Shown: positions 25,279 through 39,080 of the stretch, one piece after another
How the letters are laid out: every line of letters begins with the position of its first letter
Position numbering within the stretch: position 1 is the stretch's first letter
NCBI GenBank assembly: GCA_964016885.1
Contig: CAXHJY010000184.1
Span: 682,001-746,000 of the forward strand
DNA length: 64,000 bases
From: Eledone cirrhosa
Lineage: Eukaryota
Reading direction: 5' to 3'
Notes under the pieces: model-generated
What the model was told of the DNA's origin: nothing
Seen by the model: the letters and a program-made list of their open reading frames with translations, nothing else
Database searches by the model: none
Made by a program: the position numbers and the translations under genes

Positions 25279-28200
25279 CAGCAGTTGCCAACCTTTCGAA
25301 CCTCACGGACCACTAATATGAATTTTTTTTTAAAGATAACACATGTAACATAATGACCAGAGAACTTCTATTCTATTAAACAATACTGAAGTGTACCTGT
25401 GTCATATTGTCAATAGGTGATATATAGGTGTAACATAATGACCAGAGAACTTCTATTTTATTAAACAATACTGAAGTGTACCTGTGTCATATTGTCAATA
25501 GGTGATATATAGGTGTAACATAATGACCAGAGAACTTCTATTCTATTAAACAATACTGAAGTGTACCTGTGTCATATTGTCAATAGGTGATATATAGGTG
25601 TAACATAATGACCAGAGAACTTCTATTCTATTAAACAATACTGAAGTGTACCTGTGTCATATTGTCAATAGGTGATATATAGGTGTAACATAATGACCAG
25701 AGAACTTCTATTCTATTAAACAATACTGAAGTGTACCTGTGTCATATTGTCAATAGGTGATATATAGGTGTAACATAATGACCAGAGAACTTCTATTCTA
25801 TTAAACAATACTGAAGTGTACCTGTGTCATATTGTCAATAGGTGATATATAGGTGTAACATAATGACCAGAGAACTTCTATTCTATTAAACAATACTGAA
25901 GTGTACCTGTGTCATATTGTCAATAGGTGATATATAGGTGTAACATAATGACCAGAGAACTTCTATTTTATTAAACAATACTGAAGTGTACCTGTGTCAT
26001 ATTGTCAATAGGTGATATATAGGTGTAACATAATGACCAGAGAACTTCTATTCTATTAAACAATACTGAAGTGTACCTGTGTCATATTGTCAATAGGTGA
26101 TATATAGGTGTAACATAATGACCAGAGAACTTCTATTCTATTAAACAATACTGAAGTGTACCTGTGTCATATTGTCAATAGGTGATATATAGGTGTAACA
26201 TAATGACCAGAGAACTTCTATTTTATTAAACAATACTGAAGTGTACCTGTGTCATATTGTCAATAGGTGATATATAGGTGTAACATAATGACCAGAGAAC
26301 TTCTATTCTATTAAACAATACTGAAGTGTACCTGTGTCATATTGTCAATAGGTGATATATAGGTGTAACATAATGACCAGAGAACTTCTATTTTATTAAA
26401 CAATACTGAAGTGTACCTGTGTCATATTGTCAATAGGTGATATATAGGTGTAACATAATGACCAGAGAACTTCTATTCTATTAAACAATACTGAAGTGTA
26501 CCTGTGTCATATTGTCAATAGGTGATATATAGGTGTAACATAATGACCAGAGAACTTCTATTCTATTAAACAATACTGAAGTGTACCTCTGTCATATTGT
26601 CAATAGGTGATATATAGGTGTAACATAATGACCAGAGAACTTCTATTCTATTAAACAATACTGAAGTGTACCTGTGTCATATTGTCAATAGGTGATATAT
26701 AGGTGTAACATAATGACCAGAGAACTTCTATTCTATTAAACAATACTGAAGTGTACCTGTGTCATATTGTCAATAGGTGATATATAGGTGTAACATAATG
26801 ACCAGAGAACTTCTATTTTATTAAACAATACTGAAGTGTACCTGTGTCATATTGTCAATAGGTGATATATAGGTGTAACATAATGACCAGAGAACTTCTA
26901 TTTTATTAAACAATACTGAAGTGTACCTGTGTCATATTGTCAATAGGTGATATATAGGTGTAACATAATGACCAGAGAACTTCTATTCTATTAAAAAATA
27001 CTGAAGTGTACCTGTGTCATATTGTCAATAGGTGATATATAGGTGTAACATAATGACCAGAGAACTTCTATTCTGTTAAACAATACTGAAGTGTACCTGT
27101 GTCATATTGTCAATAGGTGATATATAGGTGTAACATAATGACCAGAGAACTTCTATTCTATTAAACAATACTGAAGTGTACCTGTGTCATATTGTCAATA
27201 GGTGATATATAGGTGTAACATAATGACCAGAGAACTTCTATTCTGTTAAACAATACTGAAGTGTACCTGTGTCATATTGTCAATAGGTGATATATAGGTG
27301 TAACATAATGACCAGAGAACTTCTATTCTATTAAACAATACTGAAGTGTACCTCTGTCATATTGTCAATAGGTGATATATAGGTGTAACATAATGACCAG
27401 AGAACTTCTATTCTATTAAACAATACTGAAGTGTACCTGTGTCATATTGTCAATAGGTGATATATAGGTGTAACATAATGACCAGAGAACTTCTATTCTA
27501 TTAAACAATACTGAAGTGTACCTCTGTCATATTGTCAATAGGTGATATATAGGTGTAACATAATGACCAGAGAACTTCTATTCTGTTAAACAATACTGAA
27601 GTGTACCTGTGTCATATTGTCAATAGGTGATATATAGGTGTAACATAATGACCAGAGAACTTCTATTCTGTTAAACAATACTGAAGTGTACCTGTGTCAT
27701 ATTGTCAATAGGTGATATATAGGTGTAACAATGACCAGAGAACTTCTATTCTATTAAACAATACTGAAGTGTACCTGTGTCATATTGTCAATAGGTGATA
27801 TATAGGTGTAACATAATGACCAGAGAACTATTTTATTAAACAATACTGAAGTGTACCTGTGTCATATTGTCAATAGGTGATATATAGATGTAACATAATG
27901 ACCAGAGAACTTCTATTTTATTAAACAATACTGAAGTGTACCTGTGTCATATTGTCAATAGATGATATATAGGTGTAACATAATGACCAGAGAACTTCTA
28001 TTTTATTAAACAATACTGAAGTGTACCTCTGTCATATTGTCAATAGGTGATATATAGGTGTAACATAATGACCAGAGAACTTCTATTCTATTAAACAATA
28101 CTGAAGTGTACCTGTGTCATATTGTCAATAGATGATATATAGGTGTAACATAATGACCAGAGAACTTCTATTTTATTAAACAATACTGAAATGTACCTGT

Positions 28201-28982
28201 CATATTGTCAATAGGTGATATATAGGTGTAACATAATGACCAGAGAACTTCTATTCTATTAAACAATACTGAAGTGTACCTGTGTCATATTGTCAATAGG
28301 TGATATATAGGTGTAACAATGACCAGAGAACTTCTATTCTATTAAACAATACTGAAGTGTACCTGTGTCATATTGTCAATAGGTGATATATAGGTGTAAC
28401 AATGACCAGAGAACTTCTATTCTATTAAACAATACTGAAGTGTACCTCTGTCATATTGTCAATAGGTGATATATAGGTGTAACATAATGACCAGAGAACT
28501 TCTATTCTGTTAAACAATACTGAAGTGTACCTGTGTCATATTGTCAATAGGTGATATATAGGTGTAACATAATGACCAGAGAACTTCTATTCTATTAAAC
28601 AATACTGAAGTGTACCTGTGTCATATTGTCAATAGGTGATATATAGGTGTAACATAATGACCAGAGAACTTCTATTCTGTTAAACAATACTGAAGTGTAC
28701 CTGTGTCATATTGTCAATAGGTGATATATAGGTGTAACATAATGACCAGAGAACTATTCTATTAAACAATACTGAAGTGTACCTGTGTCATATTGTCAAT
28801 AGGTGATATATAGGTGTAAAATTCTTTCATGGATGTTAGTTCTTTACTGAGGAGAAACATTTTTTTATATTTTAACCAAATATTTTTGTTTTATTATCAA
28901 TAAAACATAAAAATTGCAAATAATGTCCAAAATTTTGTCTCGGACCGCCAGTGGTCCACGAACCACCGGTTGGCAACTACTG
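25279..28982. mobile_element. hAT-type MITE inflated by an internal satellite
   Basis: TIRs cagcagttgccaacc (25279) and ggttggcaactactg (ends 28982) match 14/15. Flanking 8-mers ctgtatat and ccatatat match 6/8, consistent with a decayed TSD. Confidence 0.8.
25345..28818. repeat. 85-bp tandem array, about 41 highly homogeneous copies
   Basis: Unit tgtaacataatgaccagagaacttctattctattaaacaatactgaagtgtacctgtgtcatattgtcaataggtgatatatagg. The register repeats every 1020 bp (12 x 85). Confidence 0.98.
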
Positions 28983-29822
28983 CCATATATGGTAGTTGTT
29001 AGAATATGTACAGACATGTATAGTAAACAGCAATACTCGCCACCTCACTCGTCACTACTCCACACCATCCCATTATCAGGTTGTTCACCAGGTAGATTTA
29101 ATCAGCAATTTAAACAGGTAATAGAGACGTTAAGCAATGGATAAGACAATAATTCCTAACAAAGGTGTATCAGACTGGTTCAATAGTTGCTGTCAGAATT
29201 TCTAAACCCCTTCCCCCTCTCACACACATCCCTCCCCCACTGACACACCCCTCACTCACCCCCTAACACCAACTCTTTTTAGTTTTCAACAGCCACCATT
29301 ACACACCAGTCTCCCTCTTTCAGAACTATTTAATTTTTTTACAGGCATAGTGCATCTAGGACTACATTATCCAATGTGTTCTTTCTTTTCAAGACTAGGC
29401 TGGGATTTTAAGGATATTTGGCTGCTATTTCTAGCAAGTCCCCTCCTTCAGATTGAAGCTGTTGCAACAGGCCATAGGCAGATTTTAAGATTTGATTGCT
29501 ATTTATAGCAGGTCTACCAACCATATTAATATCGTCCCCTCTCCTTCAGCTGTTACAACTTACCATAGGCTGAGATTTGGCTGTCATTTCTAGCAGGTCT
29601 ACCAACTATTACAACTGGCCACACAGCTGAGGTTTGGCTGCTATTTCCAGCAGGTCTGCCAACTGGCTATACAGCTCTGCTCTAATGGACATCTCCCCCT
29701 CTCGTCTTAATCAATAAAACTATTATGTTTTAAACTCTTAAAGCTTTTTTCTTCAATAGTTCTGATTAGTCACTGGCATATTTTATTTATTTTTTATATT
29801 GTTTTCCATTCAGCTCCTCCAT

Positions 29823-31157
29823 CCACCCCATTGGTAATACTATAGGTAAGATGTTGTGCTGATGGGTTTTGATCTTCCCCACCCCATTGGTAATACTATA
29901 GGTAGGATGTTGTGCTGATGGGTTTTGATCTTCCCCACCCCATTGGTAATACTATAGGTAAGATGTTGTGCTGATGGGTTTTGATCTTCCCCACCCCATT
30001 GGTAATACTATAGGTAAGATGTTGTGCTGATGGGTTTTGATCTTCCCCACCCCATTGGTAATACTATAGGTAAGATGTTGTGCTGATGGGTTTTGATCTT
30101 CCCCACCCCATTGGTAATACTATAGGTAGGATGTTGTGCTGATGGGTTTTGATCTTCCCCACCCCATTGGTAATACTATAGGTAAGATGTTGTGCTGATG
30201 GGTTTTGATCTTCCCCACCCCATTGGTAATACTATAGGTAGGATGTTGTGCTGATGGGTTTTGATCTTCCCCACCCCATTGGTAATACTATAGGTAAGAT
30301 GTTGTGCTGATGGGTTTTGATCTTCCCCACCCCATTGGTAATACTATAGGTAGGATGTTGTGCTGATGGGTTTTGATCTTCCCCACCCCATTGGTAATAC
30401 TATAGGTAAGATGTTGTGCTGATGGGTTTTGATCTTCCCCACCCCATTGGTAATACTATAGGTAGGATGTTGTGCTGATGGGTTTTGATCTTCCCCACCC
30501 CATTGGTAATACTATAGGTAAGATGTTGTGCTGATGGGTTTTGATCTTCCCCACCCCATTGGTAATACTATAGGTAAGATGTTGTGCTGATGGGTTTTGA
30601 TCTTCCCCACCCCATTGGTAATACTATAGGTAAGATGTTGTGCTGATGGGTTTTGATCTTCCCCACCCCATTGGTAATACTATAGGTAGGATGTTGTGCT
30701 GATGGGTTTTGATCTTCCCCACCCCATTGGTAATACTATAGGTAAGATGTTGTGCTGATGGGTTTTGATCTTCCCCACCCCATTGGTAATACTATAGGTA
30801 GGATGTTGTGCTGATGGGTTTTGATCTTCCCCACCCCATTGGTAATACTATAGGTAAGATGTTGTGCTGATGGGTTTTGATCTTCCCCACCCCATTGGTA
30901 ATACTATAGGTAGGATGTTGTGCTGATGGGTTTTGATCTTCCCCACCCCATTGGTAATACTATAGGTAGGATGTTGTGCTGATGGGTTTTGATCTTCCCC
31001 ACCCCATTGGTAATACTATAGGTAGGATGTTGTGCTGATGGGTTTTGATCTTCCCCACCCCATTGGTAATACTATAGGTAGGATGTTGTGCTGATGGGTT
31101 TTGATCTTCCCCACCCCATTGGTAATACTATAGGTAGGATGTTGTGCTGATGGGTTT
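29823..31157. repeat. 56-bp tandem array, about 24 near-identical copies
   Basis: Unit ccaccccattggtaatactataggta(a/g)gatgttgtgctgatgggttttgatcttcc. Confidence 0.98.
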
Positions 31158-31254
31158 TTATATGAAAGCCCTTTCTTTACCGTTAATTACTAAAATACTG
31201 GAGAAATGGATGGGACCTGTTTTGATCAAATGGAACTGTACAATAAATGGCTGT

Positions 31255-31520
31255 AATTGTAGTAGTAGTGGCGGTAGTAGTAATAGTGGCAGTTGTAGTA
31301 GTAGCAGTTGTAGTAGTAGTAATAGCAGTTGTAGTAGTAGTAATAGCAGTTGTAGTAGTAGTAATAGTAGTTGTAGTAGTTGCAGTAGTAGTAATAGTAG
31401 TTGCAGTAGTAGTAATAGTAGTTGCAGTAGTAGTAATAGTAGTGGCAGTAGTAATAGTAGTGGCAGTAGTAGTAGTGGCAGTAGTAGTAGTAATAACAGT
31501 AGTAACAACAGCAGTAGTGG
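31255..31520. repeat. Degenerate (AGT)n microsatellite
   Basis: agtagtagt/agc/aat variants, which produce the poly-S, poly-L and poly-V ORFs. Confidence 0.9.
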
Positions 31521-31989
31521 TATTGTTTGCTCTATCCTTACCTGGATGTCCTCAATAGATTTAATCACTAAAGTCTAAATTCTAAGAGGTAAAACAAGAA
31601 GAAGGTTCCATTAATGAGAGGATATTTCCATTGTTTCTCCCCTATCTCCAGACCCAGCCCTCTTTCAGTAGGACTATACAAGTTCTGTCAATCCTCTTAT
31701 TCAGACATTATGTATCTACTTGTGTCTTATCTAAAGTAACCTTAAAAATCAGCTTGTTTAATCATTATCATCATTTAATGTCTATCTTCCATGCTAGCAT
31801 AGGTTAGACGGGTTTGTCCTATTTAGAGGCAAGTTGGGTCGGGTGACCATGTCTTGCTCATATAGGACTGTTTCCGGCTGGTTTTCTACGGCTGGATGCC
31901 CTTCCTAATGCCAACCACATTTACAGTGTGTGCTGGGTGCTTTTTGCTGCATTTCTTACATGACCACTTTACAGTGTGAACTGGATGTT

Positions 31990-32212
31990 TAATAATGATA
32001 ATGAAAATTGTGTAGTGCTCAGGTGCACTACAACTCATCAAATGTGCATGTGTAGTACATAGAATAATGTACAAATGTCAGGAAAGTGAACATTGTATGA
32101 GTCATGATATCCACACATATACATGCATGCGTGTGTATGGAGGGGGAATATCAGGTGTAGTGTTGGCAAATTTCAGGAAGCATGGAAGTTTTGAAGGATG
32201 CAGTGTCCCGAC
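31990..32212 (-). mobile_element. CR1-group LINE 3' tail
   Basis: Reverse complement of gacactgcatccttcaaaacttccatgcttcctgaaatttgccaacactacacctgat, the same family as 58570-59725 and 62200-62430. Confidence 0.75.
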
Positions 32213-32420
32213 CGCAGGACATTCAGTCTTAAAGTCCACTACCACATGAAACCCTACATTAGCAAGATATTCTGGAAAAGTACAAAACAGTACTATGACT
32301 ACATTGCTTTATATATTTAGGCCTTTATGACCCCCCACTCCTGCCTTGTGAGTGAAACTGGGTAAATGGAAAATGTTTTTAAGGTCCTCACATGAGCAAT
32401 ATTTGCAATTCCAAAGCCAT

Positions 32421-33209
32421 TCATCATCATCATCATCACCGTTTTACGTCCGTTCTTCCATGCTAGCATGGGTTAGACGGGTTGTCCCGTTGTGTGCAGT
32501 GTCTGGTCGGCTGACCATGCCTTGCTCATACAGGAACTGATCATGGCTTGATTCCTACAGCTGGATGCCCTTCCTAACACCAACCTCATTTACAGTGAGT
32601 GCTGGGTGCTTTTTCGTGGCGCCTACACGTCCACTTTACAGTGTGCGCTGGGTGCTTTTTTGCCGTGGCACCTCCACGACCACCTAGCGGAGGGGGGTGT
32701 GGGGGCATATTGTTTATATGCTTCAGCATGTACCCATGGGAGGTCGGGTACTCTGTATTACTGCGTGACGCCAGAAGTCACGTTGTGTGTCATTGTCTTT
32801 GAGAGGTGTAATTGGGTAAGGTCGGCTTTTATCACCTCATCCCAAGTCATCTTGGGTCTCCCCACTCCGCGGTTTCCATCAACTTCTAGTGCTCTGCACC
32901 TTTTTATGCAGCTGTCATCCTTCATACGCATCACATGTCCATACCAGCGCAACCGTCTCTCCTGCAAACAGCATTTGATTCCTCTTATGCTCAGTCTCTC
33001 TCTCAATTCATTTATGCTTTGCCGTTCGCGTATTACACATCCATCTGAGCATGTAGGCTTTGTTTCTTTCTAATCTACGTAAGTCTTCCACCTTCAGCGC
33101 CCAGGTCTCACTACCATGCAACATCGCTGTTCGGATACACGCATCATACAGTCTGCCTTTCATTCTGAGGGAGAAGCCTTTTGCAGCTAGCAGTGGTAGT
33201 AGTTCCCTA
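32421..33209 (-). mobile_element. RTE-clade LINE 3' fragment
   Basis: RGIKCCLQERRLRWYGHVMRMKDDSCIKRC...GRPKMTW plus 3' UTR and (GAT)n tail. Close relative of 15781-16873. Confidence 0.93.
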
Positions 33210-33720
33210 AATTGTTTATATTTATCTAAAAACCTTCGATTACCATATTTCTAATAAAAAACAATGTGCATGATTTTAAAATAATTTTGAAAAATAATTA
33301 AGAATTTGGAGGAAATTAGTAATATAACTCATTATCAAACTGGTGGATAATAACTTAAAGGTTCTCACAAACTTATGATGGAAGGTTTTTAGATGAATAT
33401 AAACGCTTTAAAATAAACAGTTTTGTATTGTAAAACCAGGCAGTTTGGTATCAAAAGGGTTACAGTGATCTTTGGAACATAACTTAAAGGTTCTTACATA
33501 AAATTTTTAGATAAATATAAACACTTTAAAATAAATAGTTTTGAATCACAGAACTAGGGGTGCTTTTATGTAGTTTGGTATCTGGGACATAACTTAACAG
33601 AGGCCTTTACATAAACCTTTTATGGAAGATTTTTAGATAAATATAAACACTTTAAAAAATACAGTTTTGTATCATAGAACTAGGTGGTTTCAGAGAGTGT
33701 GGTATAAAATAAAGGTTAAA
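33210..33720. mobile_element. Degraded piggyBac-like MITE end with about 3 diverged units of roughly 120-130 bp
   Basis: Three copies of aacttaaaggttct...tttttagataaatataaacactttaaaa...gttttgtatc...tggtat, with ends resembling aaaagggttaa. Confidence 0.5.
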
Positions 33721-34204
33721 ATTACAGAGAAAATTGCCTCTCTCTCTACCAGCCACGCACATTTGGAAGAAAGAATTTAGTATCTTAGTTAATCGGTTGA
33801 CCGTTTTGTCACTGGAAGTGACTCAGACCAAAGACAATGACCAGTTAGGTTTTTATAATTACATATTTGGTGTTTTTGTGATTTGGTCTTGACATTTTAA
33901 TTGTCCTATATATTTCATTTTATTTAATAAACAACTTCACAAGACACTTAGTAACTAACAAAGGAGCTTCTTGAAATGCTAGACATAACAGTCAAATACT
34001 CATCAAATCACACCCTATTCTGTATATATAGGCAGCAAATTGGCAGTGTCGTTAGAATGTTGGGTAGAATGCTTCGCAGTATTTATTTCGGCTCTCTGAG
34101 TTCAAATCCCGCCAAGGTCAACTTTGCCTTTCATCCTTTCGAGGTCAATAGAGAGCTGGAACAAATACCACAAAGCATTCTATCTCATGTTCTAACAACT
34201 GTCA

Positions 34205-34480
34205 ATTATCCAAATATAAAGATCTAGAGATAGAAATAACCTGAATGTGGATGAAGACAGAAACAATAGCTATAATAATTGATGCTCTAGGAATGATAAA
34301 ACATCACAGATACATAGCCAACACCCCAGGACTTACAAATATATATGACAAAGATAGCACTACTAGGAACTGCACACATTACAAAGAGTACTATCAATAC
34401 AATAGAAACAACATCAAAAACCATATTGCACATACCCAAGGTGCACAGAGCTGTGCTTAGAAATGCAGTGATAATGCGCA
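34205..34480 (+). mobile_element. 3' fragment of an R4/Dong-like (REL-endonuclease) non-LTR retrotransposon
   Basis: KYKDLEIEIT*MWMKTETIAIIIDALGMIK...TPGLTNIY...KIALLGTAHI, a typical REL C-terminus. Confidence 0.75.
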
Positions 34481-35149
34481 AAATAATTGTTTCTACTTTT
34501 GGCACAAGGCCAGCAATTACCAGTGTATTACTGGTACTTTATTTTATCGACCCCGTAAGGATGACAAGCAAAGCTAACCGTGGCAGGATTTGAACTCAGA
34601 ACGTAAAGGGCCGTAACTCTCTGCCGCAGAGCAGGGTGTCTGCTGCGCAAAATAATAAAACAGCTATTTTCCATCAAAACGTGTTATTTTATGATTTCCA
34701 CTCCATATCAAAGCAATCCTAACCACAATTCTTTTGATCAATATTAACTACACAGCCATCTTTATTCCTCTTCTTTTCAAACTTATTCAGCCTCTGCCTA
34801 TTTATAAAAGTCCAACCTCTATTATATCATTAATCATTTATTCTTCCAATCAATCAAGCCTAAATTTATGCACCTGACTAATATAGGTACACAATGTTTA
34901 AACTAACAACTATTATTACACAGCCTTCGCCCCAGCCTCACACCACCCACCCCGCCTCACACCACTACACCCTACTCCACCAATCTCACCCCACCCAGCC
35001 TCACACCACCCTACTCCACCAATCTCACCCCACCCAGCCTCACACCACCCCACCCTCACACCAACTGCTATCTCCCTAAATCTCAGTTTTTAAATTATTT
35101 TTATCATTATTAAACCTGTTTACATGCAAAACCCAAATACCAACACAAG

Positions 35150-35890
35150 ACATACATACACACACCAACTCAACAACACACATACATACATACACACACA
35201 CCAACTCAACAACACACATACATACACACACACCAACTCAACAACACACATACATACACACCAACTCAACAACGCACACATACATACACACCAACTCAAC
35301 AACACACACATACATACACACACCAACTCAACAACACATACATACACACACCAACTCAACAACACACACATACACACACCAACTCAACAACACACATACA
35401 CACACCAACTCAACACACATACATACACACCAACTCAACAACACATACATACACACACCAACTCAACAACACACACATACATACACACACCAACTTAACA
35501 ACACATACATACACACACCAACTCAACAACACACACATACATACACACACCAACTCAACAACACACACATACATACAAACTCGACAACACACACATACAT
35601 ACACACACCAACTCAACAACACACACATACATACACACACCAACTCAACAACACACATACATACATACACACACCAACTCAACAACACACATACATACAT
35701 ACACACACCAACTCAACAACACACACAGACCAACTCAACAACATACACACACAACACACCAACTCAACAACATACACACACAACACACCAACTCAACAAC
35801 ATACACACACAAACACATACACACAACACACCAGCACACATACATACACACCAGCACACACAACACCAACACACACAGACCAACATCCAC
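35150..35890. repeat. CA-rich compound minisatellite (accaactcaacaacac core)
   Basis: The core motif alternates with variable (CA)/(CATA) tracts. Confidence 0.9.
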
Positions 35891-36589
35891 ATACACTGTT
35901 TTGTCCTGTGTCATCCTAATGTTTTCTTAATGTTAACCCTTATGGCTAATAAAGACACCATTATTACTATAGTGGTGGATTACCAGTAATGCACTGGGGT
36001 CGATTTAGTCAACTTTCCCCTCCTCAAAATTGTTGGCCTTGTATCTATATCAGAAACAACTCAGATGCGACGTCTTCATATTTTTGTTGTTCCTATTTGT
36101 TGCTGTGCTCATAATTGTTTTGGCATTGATACACTGGTTGGCTGCCCTTCCTAACACCAGCGCCACTTTACAGCATGGACTGGGTGCTTTTATTCGTGCC
36201 ACCAGCACTAGAGAGGATGTCTTACTGGACTCATGGGCCCTCTCTACCCCTCCATTTTACAGCATGGTCATAAAAAAACCCCACAAAAACCCCACTTATT
36301 GACACTCACGGCACACACACACACACACACACCAACACTCATGCATACAAACACACACACGCCACACACACACACACACACACACACATACATACATTAC
36401 CGTCAGTACTGATACAAGATCATGTCAACTTGACTTTTACAGTTCAGTTTTTATATAATAATTGTTTCTACTATTGGCACAAGGCCAGCAATTACCCAGT
36501 ACATTACTGGTACTTTATTTTATCGACCCCGTAAGGATGAAAGGTAAAGTTAACCTCGCCTTTCATATATAATAATAATTGTTTGCTTT

Positions 36590-36970
36590 ACAGCATAGAG
36601 CAACAGCCCTCCATGCTCTGGACCCAAAACAAGGCACCAGCAATCGCTGCCCAGTGCCAAAAAAAAAATACAGACACCACTAACGTTAACACTTCCCCAA
36701 TAACATCAACATCAACCCCACAATCCCCAAAACGCAAACAACCTAAACAAAACCAAGAAGAAATAAACACACAGTCACCACACCTACAACAAACAGACAT
36801 ACCTGAAACAACACCACTAAAACCATCACCACCACAGTCACCAAAACGAAAACAAATAAAACCACACCAACAAAACATTAAAAACTTTGAGCTTGTCAGA
36901 AGGGCCAACGATAAATTGATGGCCCTCTTAGCACAAAGCAAGGACATCCAATCAGAGGGGGATCTTTGAA
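36590..36970 (+). pseudogene. Possible fragment of an L1/Tx1-type ORF1 low-complexity C-terminus
   Basis: A/C-rich T/P/Q/K ORF with duplicated PQSPKRKQ, similar in composition to 49822-50604. No diagnostic motif. Confidence 0.3.
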
Positions 36971-38734
36971 TTGAACACATTTTGCATGCCAGAAGATTTG
37001 CTTCTGGTGCAAATGTCGCTCAATTCCTACAAAGAAATTTGAGAGAGCATTGTGGCTAATAAATGAATTCACAATTATAGTTGTTTTCTCTTTAAGGCCT
37101 GATCGCTGGTGATGGTGGATGGTGTCAGTGATGGTAATGGCAGTTGTCGTTGCTGCTGCTGCCGTTGTTCATTTAACTGATGCTGCAGACAATGCTGTAG
37201 TCGCTGGGTTGAAATTTTGAAATTTGGTCGCTTCGCGTGTGTGATATATACACATTCAACACAGACAATGGTGTTGCTGTGTTGAAATCTGGTCGCATCA
37301 ACTGAGATATATATATATATGCAAAAGGGATATTCAATTTGTTGGTAATTCAACAAATATAAATGTATATAACTGATCAGAGCACTCGACAGGTTTTCTA
37401 GAGTATAATATTCAATGATATTAAATAAATGGAAACTATATTTATAAAACCATATTTATTCTATTATATAGAATAGGGTACCAAAACTTTGTATTTTATC
37501 TGATGAAAGCGTAACAAAGTTTGTTTTATAAATTTTGACATAACCAAGAAAAATACCTTAACGGTTCAAGTTTTCCTTGGATAGTTAAGGGATAAGAGAA
37601 GAAAAGTCAGATATTTCAATACGTTTTTTCCTCTCCTTTTGATATTCAAACTTTCACATCTTTCGACTAAAATAATTAATCTCACAAAATAATATATAAT
37701 TTTCTCCTTATATTTTCTGAGTAAATCATTCATCAAATTTAACGGTTAACAAACAAGATTGGAGTTATCTTTCCCTTTTCAATCGTGCAAACAAACATAA
37801 TATATGTACGATAAATTATATAACTTCGCTAAATTAACAATATTCTGAAAACATTTTCAATGTTGGAACAAAATATTCAAATCTACAAAAATGCCTCAGA
37901 AGACAGACCAGTAGTCAACAGAGAGACAATCCACAAGGTGGGTGACAGGCAGATGAAATATAATGCCTCAGGACAGAGACTATCGGCCAGTGGTCAACAG
38001 AGACAATCCACAAGGTGGGTGACAGGCAGATGAAATATAATGCCTCAGAGGACAGAGACTATCGGCCAGTGGTGAACAGAGAGACAACCCATAAGGTGGG
38101 TGACATGAAATATAGAAAAGATTGAAAGGAGGAGGAGGACAAGGAGAAGTGACTGGAACAAGGAAATAAAGGTGATGTACAAGACAAGTTTACACACATC
38201 ACCATCAGCTCTCAAACCAGCAGAATGGTTTCGCACAATTTAATTAACACCATTTTAAAATGTTGGATTATGCAACAGAAATATAAATCTTTCTGCTGGT
38301 ATGGTGTGTGATAAACCATAGTAATAACAATGAGGCAGTGTATTGGCAGTCATTTCAACTGCTAGAAATAACCAGATAGCTCTAATTACAGTACCACACT
38401 ACATGGACCATACACACCCACGCACAGACCCACCCACATACCACACCATACATGCAAGCCCACCAGACATGGACAACGCACCACACAACACACTCCACAC
38501 ATACACCCACACACACCCAACGCACCACACAACACATGCACCCAACTACCAGACACACATGCAAACCCACATTCAAACAAAGGCACACACCACACAAATA
38601 TTAAGCTGAATTATATGACCCAGCAGTAATTATATAAACTATATCTAAAATGTAAATGAACTGCTTCAACACTTCCTACAAAACACTAAAATTTGTAGAC
38701 CCAGCCAACCATATTAAAACTAAACTATATAACT

Positions 38735-39080
38735 ACATGGGAGTACATGACCCAGTGGTAAGGTGTTAAAGTTTTTATCATAATGTGGGTTTAATTCCTG
38801 AACTGGGTGATACGTGGCCTAGTGGTAAGGGTGTTGGACTTATGATCATAATGTTGTGGGTTTAATTCTTGGACTTGAAGTGTTTTACTGAAGAACACAA
38901 CACAATCATTTCACATTGCTCCAGTAAACTCAGATGAAAATGGGTACCAGTGGTATCTGGGGGTTTAACCCTGTGATGAACTGGCATCCTGTCCATGTAT
39001 TGTACTTTCAGTTGCTTAACATCACAGAACCAGGACAAGCACCAGCCTGATGAGCCTCCAAGACATGAGACAGACTTTAG
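38735..39080 (+). mobile_element. tRNA-derived SINE with duplicated head
   Basis: Two heads (catgacccagtggtaaggtg and cgtggcctagtggtaagggtg), the tttcacattgctccagt core and the cctgatgagcc...gagacagacttt tail. Confidence 0.75.

Noticed and set aside
31144-31578. Poly-Ser, poly-Leu and poly-Val ORFs
   Set aside because: Translations of an (AGT)n microsatellite.
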